DNA of 64,000 nt. Origin: Deltaproteobacteria bacterium (GTDB lineage Bacteria > UBA10199 > SBBF01). The stretch covers positions 11,932 to 75,931 of the forward strand of contig JACPFC010000016.1 in the NCBI GenBank assembly GCA_016183175.1. Reading direction: 5' to 3'. Both the position numbers and the translations under genes were made by a program. This document shows, in pieces, positions 45,987 to 55,765 of this stretch (the first letter of the stretch is position 1; each line of letters opens with the position of its first letter). A model generated the notes under the pieces. It saw only the letters and a list, made by a program, of their open reading frames with translations. It searched no databases and had not been told where the DNA came from.

Positions 45987-46610
45987 TTGATGAAAGTGAA
46001 ATTTCTAAATGCAAATCCCCCCTCGCCCCCCTTTTCCAAAGGGGGGGAATCTCGGACACCCCCCCCTTTTTCAAAGGGGGGTTGGGGGGGATTTTGCATT
46101 TTGGCTGTGCTTGTTCTTTTCTCCTGCTTCGGCGGGGGGGTGGAAAAGCGCGGAAGCGTCAAAGGTTATCGAAACGGCGCTGTCATCACCGAAGGGGGGA
46201 GTTTTCGCGTGGGGCCTCTCCCGGAAACCTGGCGGCGCAAATCTTTTTCCTACAGGGCGGTCCTCTTTGAACAGTCAGCCTCGGGCCGGACGATCAGCAT
46301 CTCTACTTTCTGCAAGGGGAGTTTTGACGATGCCCCCTTGAAAATACTGACAAACCAGCTTTTCTACAATATCACAGCCCAGAGGCGCCGTTTTCAAAAA
46401 ATCTTGAACCTCGACGGGAGGGAAGCCCTGCGGACCGCGGTTGCCGGCAAAGTGGACGGGGCAGAGATTGTTCTCGACACAGTGGTGCTGAAGATGAACG
46501 AGTGTGTTTTTGATTTTGTGTATGTCTCGAAACCGGAAAGTTATCCCGGCGGGGTGTCCGATTTCGAGGGTTTCTACGGGGGGTTCAAATATATCGCCGG
46601 ACCTTTTTAG
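45987..46610 (+). CDS. Hypothetical protein, possible lipoprotein; N-terminus as listed runs through repeat R2c
   Basis: LAVLVLFSCFGGG lipobox-like; true start probably after 46098. Confidence 0.3.
   Translation: MMKVKFLNANPPSPPFSKGGESRTPPPFSKGGWGGFCILAVLVLFSCFGGGVEKRGSVKGYRNGAVITEGGSFRVGPLPETWRRKSFSYRAVLFEQSASGRTISISTFCKGSFDDAPLKILTNQLFYNITAQRRRFQKILNLDGREALRTAVAGKVDGAEIVLDTVVLKMNECVFDFVYVSKPESYPGGVSDFEGFYGGFKYIAGPF
46012..46098. repeat. R2 nested G/C hairpin element, copy c
   Basis: aaatcccccc tcgccccccTTTTccAAAGGGGGGG aatctcggacacccccccctttttcaaagggggg ttgggggggatttt. Confidence 0.7.
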
Positions 46611-46739
46611 GGGCAGGCAAAGCCCCCTCCAGTGGCAAAGCCGGGTCAAGCTACGGGTCTCCCGTAGTGCGAAGCAAACTCGAAGAGTTTGCGGAGTAAG
46701 ATGTTGCCTCCCCCTCAGCGCCGCTGTGCGGCTGGTTAA

Positions 46740-47567
46740 ATGGTGAAAACATCCTCATTCCATGCCTCCCTTCACCGGATTCAGGACTCCCTCAAACAGC
46801 CTCTGGGGCGGATGGGGACCCGGATTCTCGAATACCTCGACTATGTGGGCGGCATCGCAGAGCTGGCCTACCGGGCCGTTAAAGCCATTGCGCGGGGGCA
46901 GATTCAGATACGCCTTGTTCTCGAGCAGGTTCTCCATATCGGGGTCAAATCCCTCTCGCTCGTCAATCTGGTGGCCATTTTCACCGGGATGGTGTTGGCC
47001 CTGCAGTTCATTGTCGGCCTTCAGCGCTTTGGCCTCACCCTCTACGCGGGGCAGGTGGTCGGCATCGCCATCGTCCGCGAACTGGGGCCGGTTTTGACCT
47101 CGCTCATGATCGCGGCGCGGGTGGGGTCGGGGATCGCGGCGGAGCTTGGGTCGATGGCGGTGACGGAACAGGTTTTGGCCATCGAGGCGATGGGGGCCAA
47201 CCCGGTGGCCAAGCTGGTGGTACCGCGGGTTCTGGTGACCACGCTGATTACCCCCATTCTCACCGTCATTGCCGACGTGGTGGGGATTTTTGGAGGGATG
47301 TTTGTGGCTGTTCTGGAGTCGGGGGTGACTGCCCGGTTTTACATCGACCAAGTCCTTCGCACCGTGGAACTGGAGGACTTTTTTTCCGGCACGGGGAAGA
47401 CCTTTTTTTTCGGTTTTTTGATCGGCATCATCGCCTGCAACCAGGGTTTGAGAACCACGCGCGGGACGCAAGGGGTGGGGGAGTCGACGACCCTTTCGGT
47501 CGTGATCGCCTCGGTGGCGATTTTCGTGTCGGACTATTTTTTAACGAAGCTGTTTCTTCTTTTTTAG
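46740..47567 (+). CDS. mlaE: MlaE-family ABC permease
   Basis: Conserved MlaE/Ttg2B layout (IQIRLVLEQVLHIGVKSLSLVNLVAIFTGMVLALQ...). Confidence 0.85.
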   Translation: MVKTSSFHASLHRIQDSLKQPLGRMGTRILEYLDYVGGIAELAYRAVKAIARGQIQIRLVLEQVLHIGVKSLSLVNLVAIFTGMVLALQFIVGLQRFGLTLYAGQVVGIAIVRELGPVLTSLMIAARVGSGIAAELGSMAVTEQVLAIEAMGANPVAKLVVPRVLVTTLITPILTVIADVVGIFGGMFVAVLESGVTARFYIDQVLRTVELEDFFSGTGKTFFFGFLIGIIACNQGLRTTRGTQGVGESTTLSVVIASVAIFVSDYFLTKLFLLF

Positions 47568-47645
47568 TGCCCGAGTGCCCGAGTGCCTGCGTGCCCGTGT
47601 TTACACGGGTACCCGGGCACCCAGGCACGTAGGCACCCGGGCACC
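47567..47645. repeat. R1 palindromic octamer-repeat element, copy c (between mlaE and mlaF)
   Basis: gtgcccga gtgcccga gtgcctgc gtgcccgtg TTTACA cgggtacc cgggcacc caggcacg taggcacc cgggcacc. Confidence 0.85.
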
Positions 47646-47650
47646 GTATT

Positions 47651-48391
47651 TTGCCGATTATCGAATTCAAAAACGTCTCCAAGTCGTTTGGCGACAATCG
47701 GGTGCTGATCAACATGAATCTTGCCATCGGGCAGGGGGAGACGATCACGATTATCGGGGGTTCCGGCACCGGCAAGAGCGTGACCTTGAAGCTCCTTTTG
47801 GGGGTTCTTAAACCCGATGAGGGGGATGTCTTCTTCAAGGGAAAAAGCGTTTCGGGAATGGAGGAGGAGGCCCTTATTGAAATGCGTTCGCACATCGGCA
47901 TGCTGTTTCAGGGGGCGGCGCTGTTCGATTCGCTTACCGTGGAGGAAAACGTGGCCTATCCGCTTCTGGAACACAATCATCACGGCGAGGAAAAGGTAAA
48001 AAAAATCGTCAGGGAAAAGCTTGAGGTTGTGGGACTGGACGAAACCCAGGAGATGTATCCGGCAGACCTCTCCGGCGGGATGAAAAAACGGGTGGGGCTG
48101 GCGCGCGCCATCGCCACCGATCCGGAGGTGATTCTCTACGACGAGCCGACCACGGGGCTTGATCCGGCCAACACCAACCGGATTGCCGAACTGATCCTCA
48201 AACTTCAACAGGAATTGAAGGTCACCTCGGTGGTGGTGACCCACGACATGGCCACCGCTTTTAAGATTTCCAACCGCCTCGCGTTGTTGCATAATAAGAA
48301 AATCGAGTTTGTGGGGACGGTGGACGAGGTGAGGCGTTCGCGCAACCCGGTCGTTCAGAATTTCATTGAGGGGGAAATCGGGGAGATATAG
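47651..48391 (+). CDS. mlaF: MlaF-family ABC ATP-binding protein
   Basis: Walker A GGSGTGKS, signature LSGGMKKRVGLARA, Walker B ILYDEPT. Confidence 0.85.
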   Translation: MPIIEFKNVSKSFGDNRVLINMNLAIGQGETITIIGGSGTGKSVTLKLLLGVLKPDEGDVFFKGKSVSGMEEEALIEMRSHIGMLFQGAALFDSLTVEENVAYPLLEHNHHGEEKVKKIVREKLEVVGLDETQEMYPADLSGGMKKRVGLARAIATDPEVILYDEPTTGLDPANTNRIAELILKLQQELKVTSVVVTHDMATAFKISNRLALLHNKKIEFVGTVDEVRRSRNPVVQNFIEGEIGEI

Positions 48392-48565
48392 TGAGCGAGG
48401 ATCGGATTTATTCCGTCCGAGCGAACGGGGGGTAGGGTTCCCAAGCCGCGCCGCCAGTGGCGGATTAAGCGGCTTGGGAGCGGAATCAGTTTCCGCCCCC
48501 ACCTCACTCGAACCGGTGGCGTTCGGTGGGGACCCCGGGCGCCAGCGGCAAAGCCCCCGATATAT

Positions 48566-49372
48566 ATGTATCGTTCAAAAGAACTCATGCAGATCCAAGT
48601 GGGCGCCTTCGTGGCGATTGGCCTCCTTTTGGCCATGATGGTCATCTTTCTTTTGGGGAGCGAAAAGAGGCTTTTTGAAACCCATTATACGCTCGTCTGT
48701 TTTTTCGACGACATCAGCGGCCTGCGCGAGGGGGCCACGGTGCAACTGGCGGGGATTCATGTGGGGACGGTCCGCGAGATTCTCTTCGAGGAAAAAATCG
48801 AAAAGAAAAAGGTCAAACTGGTTTTAAAGTTGAGCAAACGGTATCAAAGCCGAATCCGCGCCGATTCAAAGGCCACCATCATGACGCAGGGGCTTTTGGG
48901 GGACAAAATGGTCTTTGTCAGCGTGGGAAGCGCCGAGGCCAAAATTTTAAAGGATGGCGACATTCTTCCCTCCGAGTCGCCGACCGGTTTTGCCGAGGTT
49001 CTGCAGAGGGGGGATGTCCTCCTGCAAAACGTCAACGACATCGCCGAGGACTTGAAGGAAATCGTGAAAGAGGTGCGCGAGGGAAAGGGGACGATCCATG
49101 GCCTGGTCTACGACCCCCACGGGGAGGAGCTGGTGTCCGATATCAAAATGGTGGCCGAAAACCTCGCGGAGGCAAGCAGACATGCGGCCGGCATCACCGG
49201 TAAAATCAACCGCGGCGAGGGGACCCTGGGGGCGCTGGTCAACGACGCCTCGCTGTATAACGACATGAAAACCCTTTTGGGCAAGGCCAACCGCAACAAG
49301 CTCATCCAGACGGTGGTCCGCTATACCCTTAAAACCAGGGACGAAAAGCTCCTGAAAACCGACTCAAAATAA
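48566..49372 (+). CDS. mlaD: MlaD-family MCE-domain protein
   Basis: N-terminal TM plus MCE domain (GLREGATVQLAGIHVGTVREI). Confidence 0.8.
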   Translation: MYRSKELMQIQVGAFVAIGLLLAMMVIFLLGSEKRLFETHYTLVCFFDDISGLREGATVQLAGIHVGTVREILFEEKIEKKKVKLVLKLSKRYQSRIRADSKATIMTQGLLGDKMVFVSVGSAEAKILKDGDILPSESPTGFAEVLQRGDVLLQNVNDIAEDLKEIVKEVREGKGTIHGLVYDPHGEELVSDIKMVAENLAEASRHAAGITGKINRGEGTLGALVNDASLYNDMKTLLGKANRNKLIQTVVRYTLKTRDEKLLKTDSK

Positions 49373-49487
49373 AAAATAAGCGGCCCGGGCGATTTGTGTT
49401 TGTTGAGTCTTCCTTAAATCCTCCTTTTATATTTATTCCTACAAAAATAAATTGACTTACTAATTAAAATATGTTCTACTTATTTAT

Positions 49488-49733
49488 GTGAGTATAACAC
49501 AAAAACCGGATACGGTTTCCTTTACGGTCAAGGGGCAGGTGGTTATTCCCCGATGGCTTCGCAAAGAATACGAAATTGAGGAAGGAACGCGGGCAACGGT
49601 CTATCCAACCGATGAAGGTATTTTAATAAAACCCATTACCGCCAGGCATATCAGGAGCCTTCGAGGATCTCTAAGGGGGTCCAGGGCAATGGATGTCTTT
49701 CTTGCCGAACGGAAACGGGAACGGGATTTCTAA
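49488..49733 (+). CDS. AbrB/MazE/SpoVT-family antitoxin (VapB-like)
   Basis: TVKGQVVIPRWLRKEYEIEEGTRATVYPTDEGILIKPI is a swapped-hairpin barrel motif. Confidence 0.6.
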   Translation: MSITQKPDTVSFTVKGQVVIPRWLRKEYEIEEGTRATVYPTDEGILIKPITARHIRSLRGSLRGSRAMDVFLAERKRERDF

Positions 49734-49829
49734 GGCGGCAGGGCCGCCAACCAAATGGTCCGAATGGATCTTCAAACGGTCTGCAAACTTCTTCGCAAAA
49801 TGCGCAGAAGTTGCAGGGTAAGAATCTAA
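49730..49829. repeat. ~100-bp conserved element, copy 2, forming the vapB-vapC intergenic spacer
   Basis: Near-identical to 4162-4262; ends exactly at the vapC ATG. Confidence 0.8.
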
Positions 49830-50237
49830 ATGGCCGCCAAAGTCCTGGACAGTTGGGCGCTTATGGCGTTCTTTAACGACGAGCCTTCCGCTGAAGAAGT
49901 GGAAAAGCTTCTTGTGAAGGCCTCTGAAGACAAGCACAAACTGCTCTTGAGTGTCGTCAACTGGGGTGAGATTTATTACTCCGTGATGAGAGGCGGCTCT
50001 CAACGGCTTGCGGAGCAGAAAGCCCATGAAATAGCCGGTTTGCCGATCGAACTTGTCCCGGTCGCGGAAGATTTGGAATTGGCGCGACAAGCCGCCGTCT
50101 TTAAGGCAACCAAAAAAATGTCTTATGCGGACTGTTTTGCGGCCGCGCTGGCCAAGATACGAAATATTGCGTTAATTACCGGCGATCGGGAATTTAAAGA
50201 AGTTGAAAAAGAAATAAAAGTGACCTGGCTGAAATAG
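49830..50237 (+). CDS. PIN-domain toxin (VapC-like)
   Basis: VLDSWALMAFF... with PIN acidic residues; ITGDREF near the C-terminus. Confidence 0.6.
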   Translation: MAAKVLDSWALMAFFNDEPSAEEVEKLLVKASEDKHKLLLSVVNWGEIYYSVMRGGSQRLAEQKAHEIAGLPIELVPVAEDLELARQAAVFKATKKMSYADCFAAALAKIRNIALITGDREFKEVEKEIKVTWLK

Positions 50238-50465
50238 TTTTTAGGCTGAAAAAATCCCGGAAAAATAACTATTGTTGCCCCCCCTCCCAACTGATAAAAT
50301 ATCAGTATAAGCATGACGCGTTACATCAATTCTTTTCGGTGAGATTGTTCCGTCAGAGATCAGTCGATTCAAGACTGTTCTTTAAAAAAATCCATAGCCC
50401 AATTTGAATTTTTGTTATTCGGTTATTTTTAACCCGACGAAATTTTTTAACCTGGAGGAAAAAAT

Positions 50466-52553
50466 ATGATCTCGGAAAAACAGCTTTTGCAGTTGATTCA
50501 GGATGCCGAGGAGATCAAGAATTTCAAGGAGCTCAACTGGCGCGGCAGTTTCGCCGACTACCTGGGGATTTTCATGAAAAATCCCAGGGTGTCGAGGAGC
50601 GCCTATCAGCGCCTCTACGACATGGTGGTCTCCCACGGCACCGAGGAATACAAGGAACACAAAAAAACCATCGTCAAATACAAATTTTTCAACGACCCCT
50701 ACGACGGCGGCCGGGACGGCATCTTCGGCCTCGATCTGCACTTGATGAAGCTCGTCAACGTCTTCAAGGCGGCCGCCCGCCACTACGGTCCGGAAAAGCG
50801 GGTCCTCCTTTTGCACGGGCCGGTGGGGAGCTCCAAATCGACCATTGTCCGCCTGCTGAAAAAAGGGCTGGAACATTACTCGCGCACCCCCGAGGGGGCC
50901 CTTTTCACCTTTTCGTGGGTCAAAAAGGGAGGCAACGGCGCGAACAATAAACAGTTGGACGTCGTCTTCGGCAACGGCGATGTCATCAACTGCCCCATGC
51001 ATGAGGAGCCTTTGCACCTTGTCTCGTTCAAGGCCCGTGACAAGCTCCTGTCCGAGGTCAACAAGGCCCTTTCCGCCGAAGAAAAAATTTACGTCGACGG
51101 CGATCTCTGCCCCTCCTGCAGGTACATCTACAATGCCCTGTTTGCCCTCTACGAGGGGGACTTCAACAAGGTGATGGGCCATGTGGAGGTGCGTCGGCTG
51201 ATTCTCTCCGAAAAAGACCGCGTCGGCGTCGGGACCTTTCAGCCCAAGGACGAAAAAAATCAGGACTCCACCGAACTCACCGGCGACATCAATTACCGCA
51301 AAATCGCAGAATATGGATCCGAATCGGACCCGCGGGCCTTCAACTTCGATGGCGAATTCAACATCGCCAACCGGGGGTTGATTGAATTCATCGAGGTCCT
51401 GAAGCTCGACGTGGCGTTTCTCTACGATCTTCTGGGGGCGAGCCAGGAGCACAAGGTGAAGCCCAAAAAATTCGCCCAGACCGACATCGACGAGGTGATT
51501 GTGGGGCATACCAACGAGCCGGAATACCGCAAACTGCAAAACAACGAATACATGGAGGCCCTGCGCGACCGGACGGTGAAGATCGACATCCCCTACATCA
51601 CCAAGCTTAAAGAAGAGCAGAAGATCTACTACAAGGATTATTCGCCGGACAAAATCAGGGGGAAACATATCGCCCCGCACACCATGGAGATCGCCTCGAT
51701 GTGGGCGGTTTTGACTCGGCTGGAAGAACCCAAAAAGGCAAACCTGACCCTCATGCAGAAACTCAAGCTCTACGACGGAAAAACCCTTCCCGGTTTTACC
51801 GAAGACAATGTCAAGGAGTTGAGGAAAGAGGCTTACAGGGAAGGGATGGAGGGGATTTCACCCCGTTATATCCAGGATAAAATATCCAATGCCCTCGTCT
51901 CCGACGTGGGGGGCGGGTGCGTCAATCCGTTCATGGTCCTGAATGAGCTGGAATCGGGGCTGAAGCATCACTCGCTCATTTCCAGCGAGGACCAGAGAAA
52001 AAAATTCGTCGAACTCCTGACGCTGGCCAAGGAGGAATACGACGACATCGTGAAAAACGAGGTCCAACGGGCCATCGCGGCCGACGAGGACGCCATCTCG
52101 CGGCTCTGCTCCAACTACGTGGACAACATCAAGGCCTACACGCAAAAGGAGCGGGTGCGGAACAAATACACCGGCCAGGACGAGGAACCGGATGAACGCC
52201 TCATGCGGTCGATCGAGGAAAAAATAGACATCCCCGAATCGCGCAAGGACGACTTCCGCCGGGAGATCATGAACTACATCGGGGCTCTGGCCGTCGAAGG
52301 CAAAAAGTTCGACTACCGGACCAACGAGCGGCTCCACAAGGCGCTTGAACTGAAGCTCTTCGAGGACCAGAAGGACACCATCAAGCTCACCAGCCTTGTC
52401 TCCAGCGTGGTGGACAAGGATACGCAGGAAAAGATCGACATCGTCAAGTCGCGGATGACCAAAAACTACGGCTATTGCGACGTCTGTTCCACCGACGTGC
52501 TCAACTATGTGGCGTCGATTTTTGCGAGGGGGGACATTAAAGAAAAGCATTAA
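50466..52553 (+). CDS. prkA: PrkA-family serine protein kinase (YeaG-like)
   Basis: [14 protein letters not shown] Walker-A-like region and PrkA AAA-type N-domain; length 695 aa. Confidence 0.9.
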   Translation: MISEKQLLQLIQDAEEIKNFKELNWRGSFADYLGIFMKNPRVSRSAYQRLYDMVVSHGTEEYKEHKKTIVKYKFFNDPYDGGRDGIFGLDLHLMKLVNVFKAAARHYGPEKRVLLLHGPVGSSKSTIVRLLKKGLEHYSRTPEGALFTFSWVKKGGNGANNKQLDVVFGNGDVINCPMHEEPLHLVSFKARDKLLSEVNKALSAEEKIYVDGDLCPSCRYIYNALFALYEGDFNKVMGHVEVRRLILSEKDRVGVGTFQPKDEKNQDSTELTGDINYRKIAEYGSESDPRAFNFDGEFNIANRGLIEFIEVLKLDVAFLYDLLGASQEHKVKPKKFAQTDIDEVIVGHTNEPEYRKLQNNEYMEALRDRTVKIDIPYITKLKEEQKIYYKDYSPDKIRGKHIAPHTMEIASMWAVLTRLEEPKKANLTLMQKLKLYDGKTLPGFTEDNVKELRKEAYREGMEGISPRYIQDKISNALVSDVGGGCVNPFMVLNELESGLKHHSLISSEDQRKKFVELLTLAKEEYDDIVKNEVQRAIAADEDAISRLCSNYVDNIKAYTQKERVRNKYTGQDEEPDERLMRSIEEKIDIPESRKDDFRREIMNYIGALAVEGKKFDYRTNERLHKALELKLFEDQKDTIKLTSLVSSVVDKDTQEKIDIVKSRMTKNYGYCDVCSTDVLNYVASIFARGDIKEKH

Positions 52554-52628
52554 GTGCCCGGGTGCCCTGGTGCCTGAGTGCCTGGGTAAGAACGCGGGCA
52601 CGCAGGCACACAGGCCCGTGGGCACGTG
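52554..52628. repeat. R1 palindromic octamer-repeat element, copy d (between prkA and yeaH-like)
   Basis: gtgcccgg gtgccctg gtgcctga gtgcctgg gtaagaacg cgggcacg caggcaca caggcccg tgggcacgtg. Confidence 0.85.
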
Positions 52629-53741
52629 AATGTGATATTAAAAATCGAACAAGACTACAGCCGCTTCAAACAGATTGTTCGAGGCAAAATCAAACAGGAG
52701 TTGAGGAAGTTCATCACCCGCGGCGAGTTGATCGGAAGGCAGGGAAAAAAATTCATCAGCATCCCCATTCCGCAGATCGACATCCCCCGCTTTCGCTACG
52801 AAGACCGCCAGATGGGAGGGGTGGGGCAGGGCGAAGGGGCGGTCGGCACTCCGATTGCCGTCGATTCCGAGGGGGAGGGACAGACGCAGGCGGGCAATGC
52901 CCCTTCCGAACATATCCTGGAGGTGGATGTCCCGCTCGAGGAGATGGCCCAGCTTTTGGGCGAGGAACTGGAGCTTCCGCGCATCCTCCCCAAGGGGACC
53001 GACCGGGTTGTCTCCACAAAAACCGTCTATCGCGGCGTCCGCCCCGCGGGGCCGGAGTCGCTCCGCCATTTCAAGCGGACCTACAAACAGGCGCTCAAAA
53101 GGCAGATCCTCTCCGGCGGGTACAACCTCAATCGCCCGATCGTCATCCCCTACGGCGAGGACAAGCGCTATCGGAGCTTCAAGGTGATTCAGGAGCGCGA
53201 ACGCAGGGCCGTGATCATCTACATGATGGATGTCTCCGGCTCGATGGGACAGGAACAGAAAGAGATCGTCCGCATCGAGACCTTCTGGATCGACATGTGG
53301 CTCCGCTCGCAATACAAGGGGCTGGAAACCCGCTACATCATCCATGACGCCGTGGCCCGCGAGGTGGATGCCGACACCTTCTATCACACGCGGGAGTCGG
53401 GGGGGACCATCATCTCGTCGGCCTACCGCCTGGCCTTGAAGATCGTCCAGGAAAATTATCCCCCCTCGGAATGGAATATCTACCCCTTCCATTTTTCCGA
53501 CGGCGACAACTGGTCGGGTAACGACACCATGGAGTGCCTGAATCTGATGGAAAAGGAGTTTTTCCCCGTCTGCAACGTCTTTTGCTACGGGCAGGTGGAG
53601 AGCGAATACGGGAGCGGCCAGTTCCTGAAGGACCTGAAAGACCGGTTCGGCGAGAGTCCCGATTGTCTGCTGACATCCAAGATCGAGGGGAAAGAGGGGA
53701 TTATCGAGTCGATAAAGGCGTTCCTCGGAAAAGGGAAATGA
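52626..53741 (+). CDS. YeaH/YhbH-family protein (DUF444, vWA-like)
   Basis: Conserved partner of PrkA; IIYMMDVSGSMG is a MIDAS-like motif. Confidence 0.8.
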   Translation: MNVILKIEQDYSRFKQIVRGKIKQELRKFITRGELIGRQGKKFISIPIPQIDIPRFRYEDRQMGGVGQGEGAVGTPIAVDSEGEGQTQAGNAPSEHILEVDVPLEEMAQLLGEELELPRILPKGTDRVVSTKTVYRGVRPAGPESLRHFKRTYKQALKRQILSGGYNLNRPIVIPYGEDKRYRSFKVIQERERRAVIIYMMDVSGSMGQEQKEIVRIETFWIDMWLRSQYKGLETRYIIHDAVAREVDADTFYHTRESGGTIISSAYRLALKIVQENYPPSEWNIYPFHFSDGDNWSGNDTMECLNLMEKEFFPVCNVFCYGQVESEYGSGQFLKDLKDRFGESPDCLLTSKIEGKEGIIESIKAFLGKGK

Positions 53742-53798
53742 GTGCCTGTGTGCCCGCGTGCCCGTGTTTACGCAGGCACCCGGGCACTCGGGCACGTG
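53742..53798. repeat. R1 palindromic octamer-repeat element, copy e (between yeaH-like and spoVR-like)
   Basis: gtgcctgt gtgcccgc gtgcccgtg TTTACG caggcacc cgggcact cgggcacgtg. Confidence 0.85.
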
Positions 53799-53807
53799 AA
53801 CACGTAA

Positions 53808-55316
53808 ATGCTGACACCCGAACTCGAAAAATGGCGGATTGAAATCGAAAAAGAGGCCAGAACCCAGGGACTCGATTTTTTCGAGACCATCTTTGAAATC
53901 CTCGACTGGAAGCAGATGAACGAGGTGGCCTCCTACGGCGGCTTTCCCAATCGCTATCCCCACTGGCGATTTGGCATGGAGTACGAGCATCTCTCCAAGA
54001 GCCATTCCTACGGCCTCTCCAAAATCTACGAGATGGTTATCAACAACAACCCCTGCTATGCCTATCTTCTCCACTCAAACAAACTGGTCGACCAGAAGAT
54101 GGTGATGAGCCACGTGTACGGCCACTGCGATTTTTTCAAAAACAACGTCTTTTTCTCCCCCACCAACCGCCGGACGATCGATGTCATGGCCAACCACAAA
54201 ACGAGGATTCAGCGCGCCGTCAACAGGCATGGCTATACGGTGGTGGAGAGCTTCATCGATGTCTGCCTCTCGCTGGAAAACCTGATCGACTGCTATGCCC
54301 CCCTCATCCGGAGGAAAAAGGAGGAAAAGCGCCCGCCGCTCGCCGAAGAGGAAGAGGAAGAGGTCACCGAAAAGATAAACGTGAAAAAGCTCCCGGTACA
54401 GCGCGAATATCTGGAGCGGTACATCAACCCCAAAGAATTCATCGAAAGTCAGCGCAAAAAGGCCTTGACCAAAATAGAGGAGCAAAAAAAATTCCCCGCC
54501 GAACCGGCAAGGGACGTGCTGGCGTTCCTGGTTGAAACGGCCCCCCTGGAAAATTGGCAGAGGGACATCCTCTCCATCATCCGCGAGGAGGCCTATTACT
54601 TCGCCCCGCAGGCCCAGACCAAGATCATGAACGAGGGGTGGGCCACCTACTGGCACAGCAAAATCATGACGACAAAAATTTTGACGGACGGCGAGATCAT
54701 CGACTTTGCCGATCATCATTCGGGCACCATTTCGGCGGGAATGGGCCGCCTCAACCCCTACAAGATCGGCCTCGAGCTGTTCCGCGATATCGAGGAGCGC
54801 TGGAACAAGGGGCGTTTCGGCAAGGAATATGATGAATGCGACAGCATGGTGGAAAAACTGAACTGGAACCGGAATTTGGGGCTGGGGAAAAAGAAAATTT
54901 TCGAGGTGCGCAAAATTTACAACGACGTCACCTTCATCGACACCTTTCTGACGCCGGAATTTTGCGCCGAACACAAGCTGTTCGCCTTCGACTACAACCG
55001 CAACAACTCGACCTACGAGATTTCCTCGCGGGATTTTCCGGCGGTGAAAAAAAAGCTTCTTTTCCAGCTCACCAATTTCGGCCAGCCGTTTGTCGAGGTG
55101 ATGGACGCCAATTACGGCAACCGGGGGGAGCTTCTCCTTTTTCACCGGCACGAAGGGGTCGATCTGCGCCTCGACTATGCCCGTGAGGTGCTGAAAAACC
55201 TGCATGTCCTCTGGAAGCGGCCGGTGCTTGTTGAAACGCGGGTGGACGACCGGATGAAGATTTTTGCCTTCGACGGGAAGGAGCATAAAGAATTCGATTC
55301 CAAAGAAGGGGCTTAG
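53808..55316 (+). CDS. SpoVR-family protein (YcgB-like)
   Basis: Third member of the conserved prkA-yeaH-spoVR triad; 502 aa with SpoVR-like conserved blocks (HWRFGMEYEHLSKSHSYGLSKIYE). Confidence 0.85.
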   Translation: MLTPELEKWRIEIEKEARTQGLDFFETIFEILDWKQMNEVASYGGFPNRYPHWRFGMEYEHLSKSHSYGLSKIYEMVINNNPCYAYLLHSNKLVDQKMVMSHVYGHCDFFKNNVFFSPTNRRTIDVMANHKTRIQRAVNRHGYTVVESFIDVCLSLENLIDCYAPLIRRKKEEKRPPLAEEEEEEVTEKINVKKLPVQREYLERYINPKEFIESQRKKALTKIEEQKKFPAEPARDVLAFLVETAPLENWQRDILSIIREEAYYFAPQAQTKIMNEGWATYWHSKIMTTKILTDGEIIDFADHHSGTISAGMGRLNPYKIGLELFRDIEERWNKGRFGKEYDECDSMVEKLNWNRNLGLGKKKIFEVRKIYNDVTFIDTFLTPEFCAEHKLFAFDYNRNNSTYEISSRDFPAVKKKLLFQLTNFGQPFVEVMDANYGNRGELLLFHRHEGVDLRLDYAREVLKNLHVLWKRPVLVETRVDDRMKIFAFDGKEHKEFDSKEGA

Positions 55317-55371
55317 ATGCTAGGATACACTCCGTTTCGGAAAACCAAAACTTCAACAGGAGGGGAAAAAT

Positions 55372-55569
55372 ATGCTCGTTAACGTCGCCAAGAGGGAAAG
55401 AAATTTGCGCCTTTTAATCGCCGTTCTGTCGGCGATATGCATCTGGCGGCTCCGGATGCCTCCGTGGGCCGACTATGCCCTGGGGGCGGTGGCCGTTGTC
55501 TCGCTCGTCACCGGCCTTTTAAGATACTGTCCCTTGAACCATCTCTTCAAGGTCAAGTCGGCAAGTTAA
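55372..55569 (+). CDS. Small membrane protein, DUF2892/YgaP-like
   Basis: GLLRYCPLNHLF matches the DUF2892 C-terminal motif. Confidence 0.45.
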   Translation: MLVNVAKRERNLRLLIAVLSAICIWRLRMPPWADYALGAVAVVSLVTGLLRYCPLNHLFKVKSAS

Positions 55570-55727
55570 AGAAATATTTTCCCGCCCACATCCCGAAAAC
55601 GATATCAAAACGATATCAGGTCTTGACCATGGACCAGATTGAATTGTGCGCCGCCACGGCAACCACGCCGAGGAAAAATCCCCGCCACCGATCCGGCGGT
55701 TCCTTAAAGGCCCGCCGGAACGTCCTG

Positions 55728-55765
55728 CCGAGCCCGTATCTGTTTACGGAGGTGTATGGGGTGCC
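55728..55765. repeat. ~40-bp conserved motif containing an RBS-like GGAGGTG plus ATG, copy 1
   Basis: ccgagcccgtatctgtttacggaggtgtatggggtgcc vs ccaagcccgtatcctttcacggaggtgtatgaggtgcc at 56281-56318. Confidence 0.7.

Noticed and set aside
50415-51680. 421-aa minus-strand ORF antisense to prkA
   Set aside because: Shadow ORF; PrkA homology is on the plus strand
52562-53347. 261-aa Arg/Gly-rich ORF beginning in the R1d repeat (and similar ARVNTGT-peptide ORFs at 25286-25510, 47428-47901, 47575-47811)
   Set aside because: Translations run through palindromic repeats and GC-rich off-frames; the same peptide appears on both strands only because the DNA is repeated
16035-53798. R1 elements as a possible CRISPR array
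   Set aside because: Copies are isolated, tens of kb apart and internally palindromic; there is no repeat-spacer alternation and no cas genes
52638-54074. 478-aa minus-strand ORF antisense to yeaH/spoVR
   Set aside because: Shadow ORF spanning two well-supported plus-strand genes and an R1 repeat
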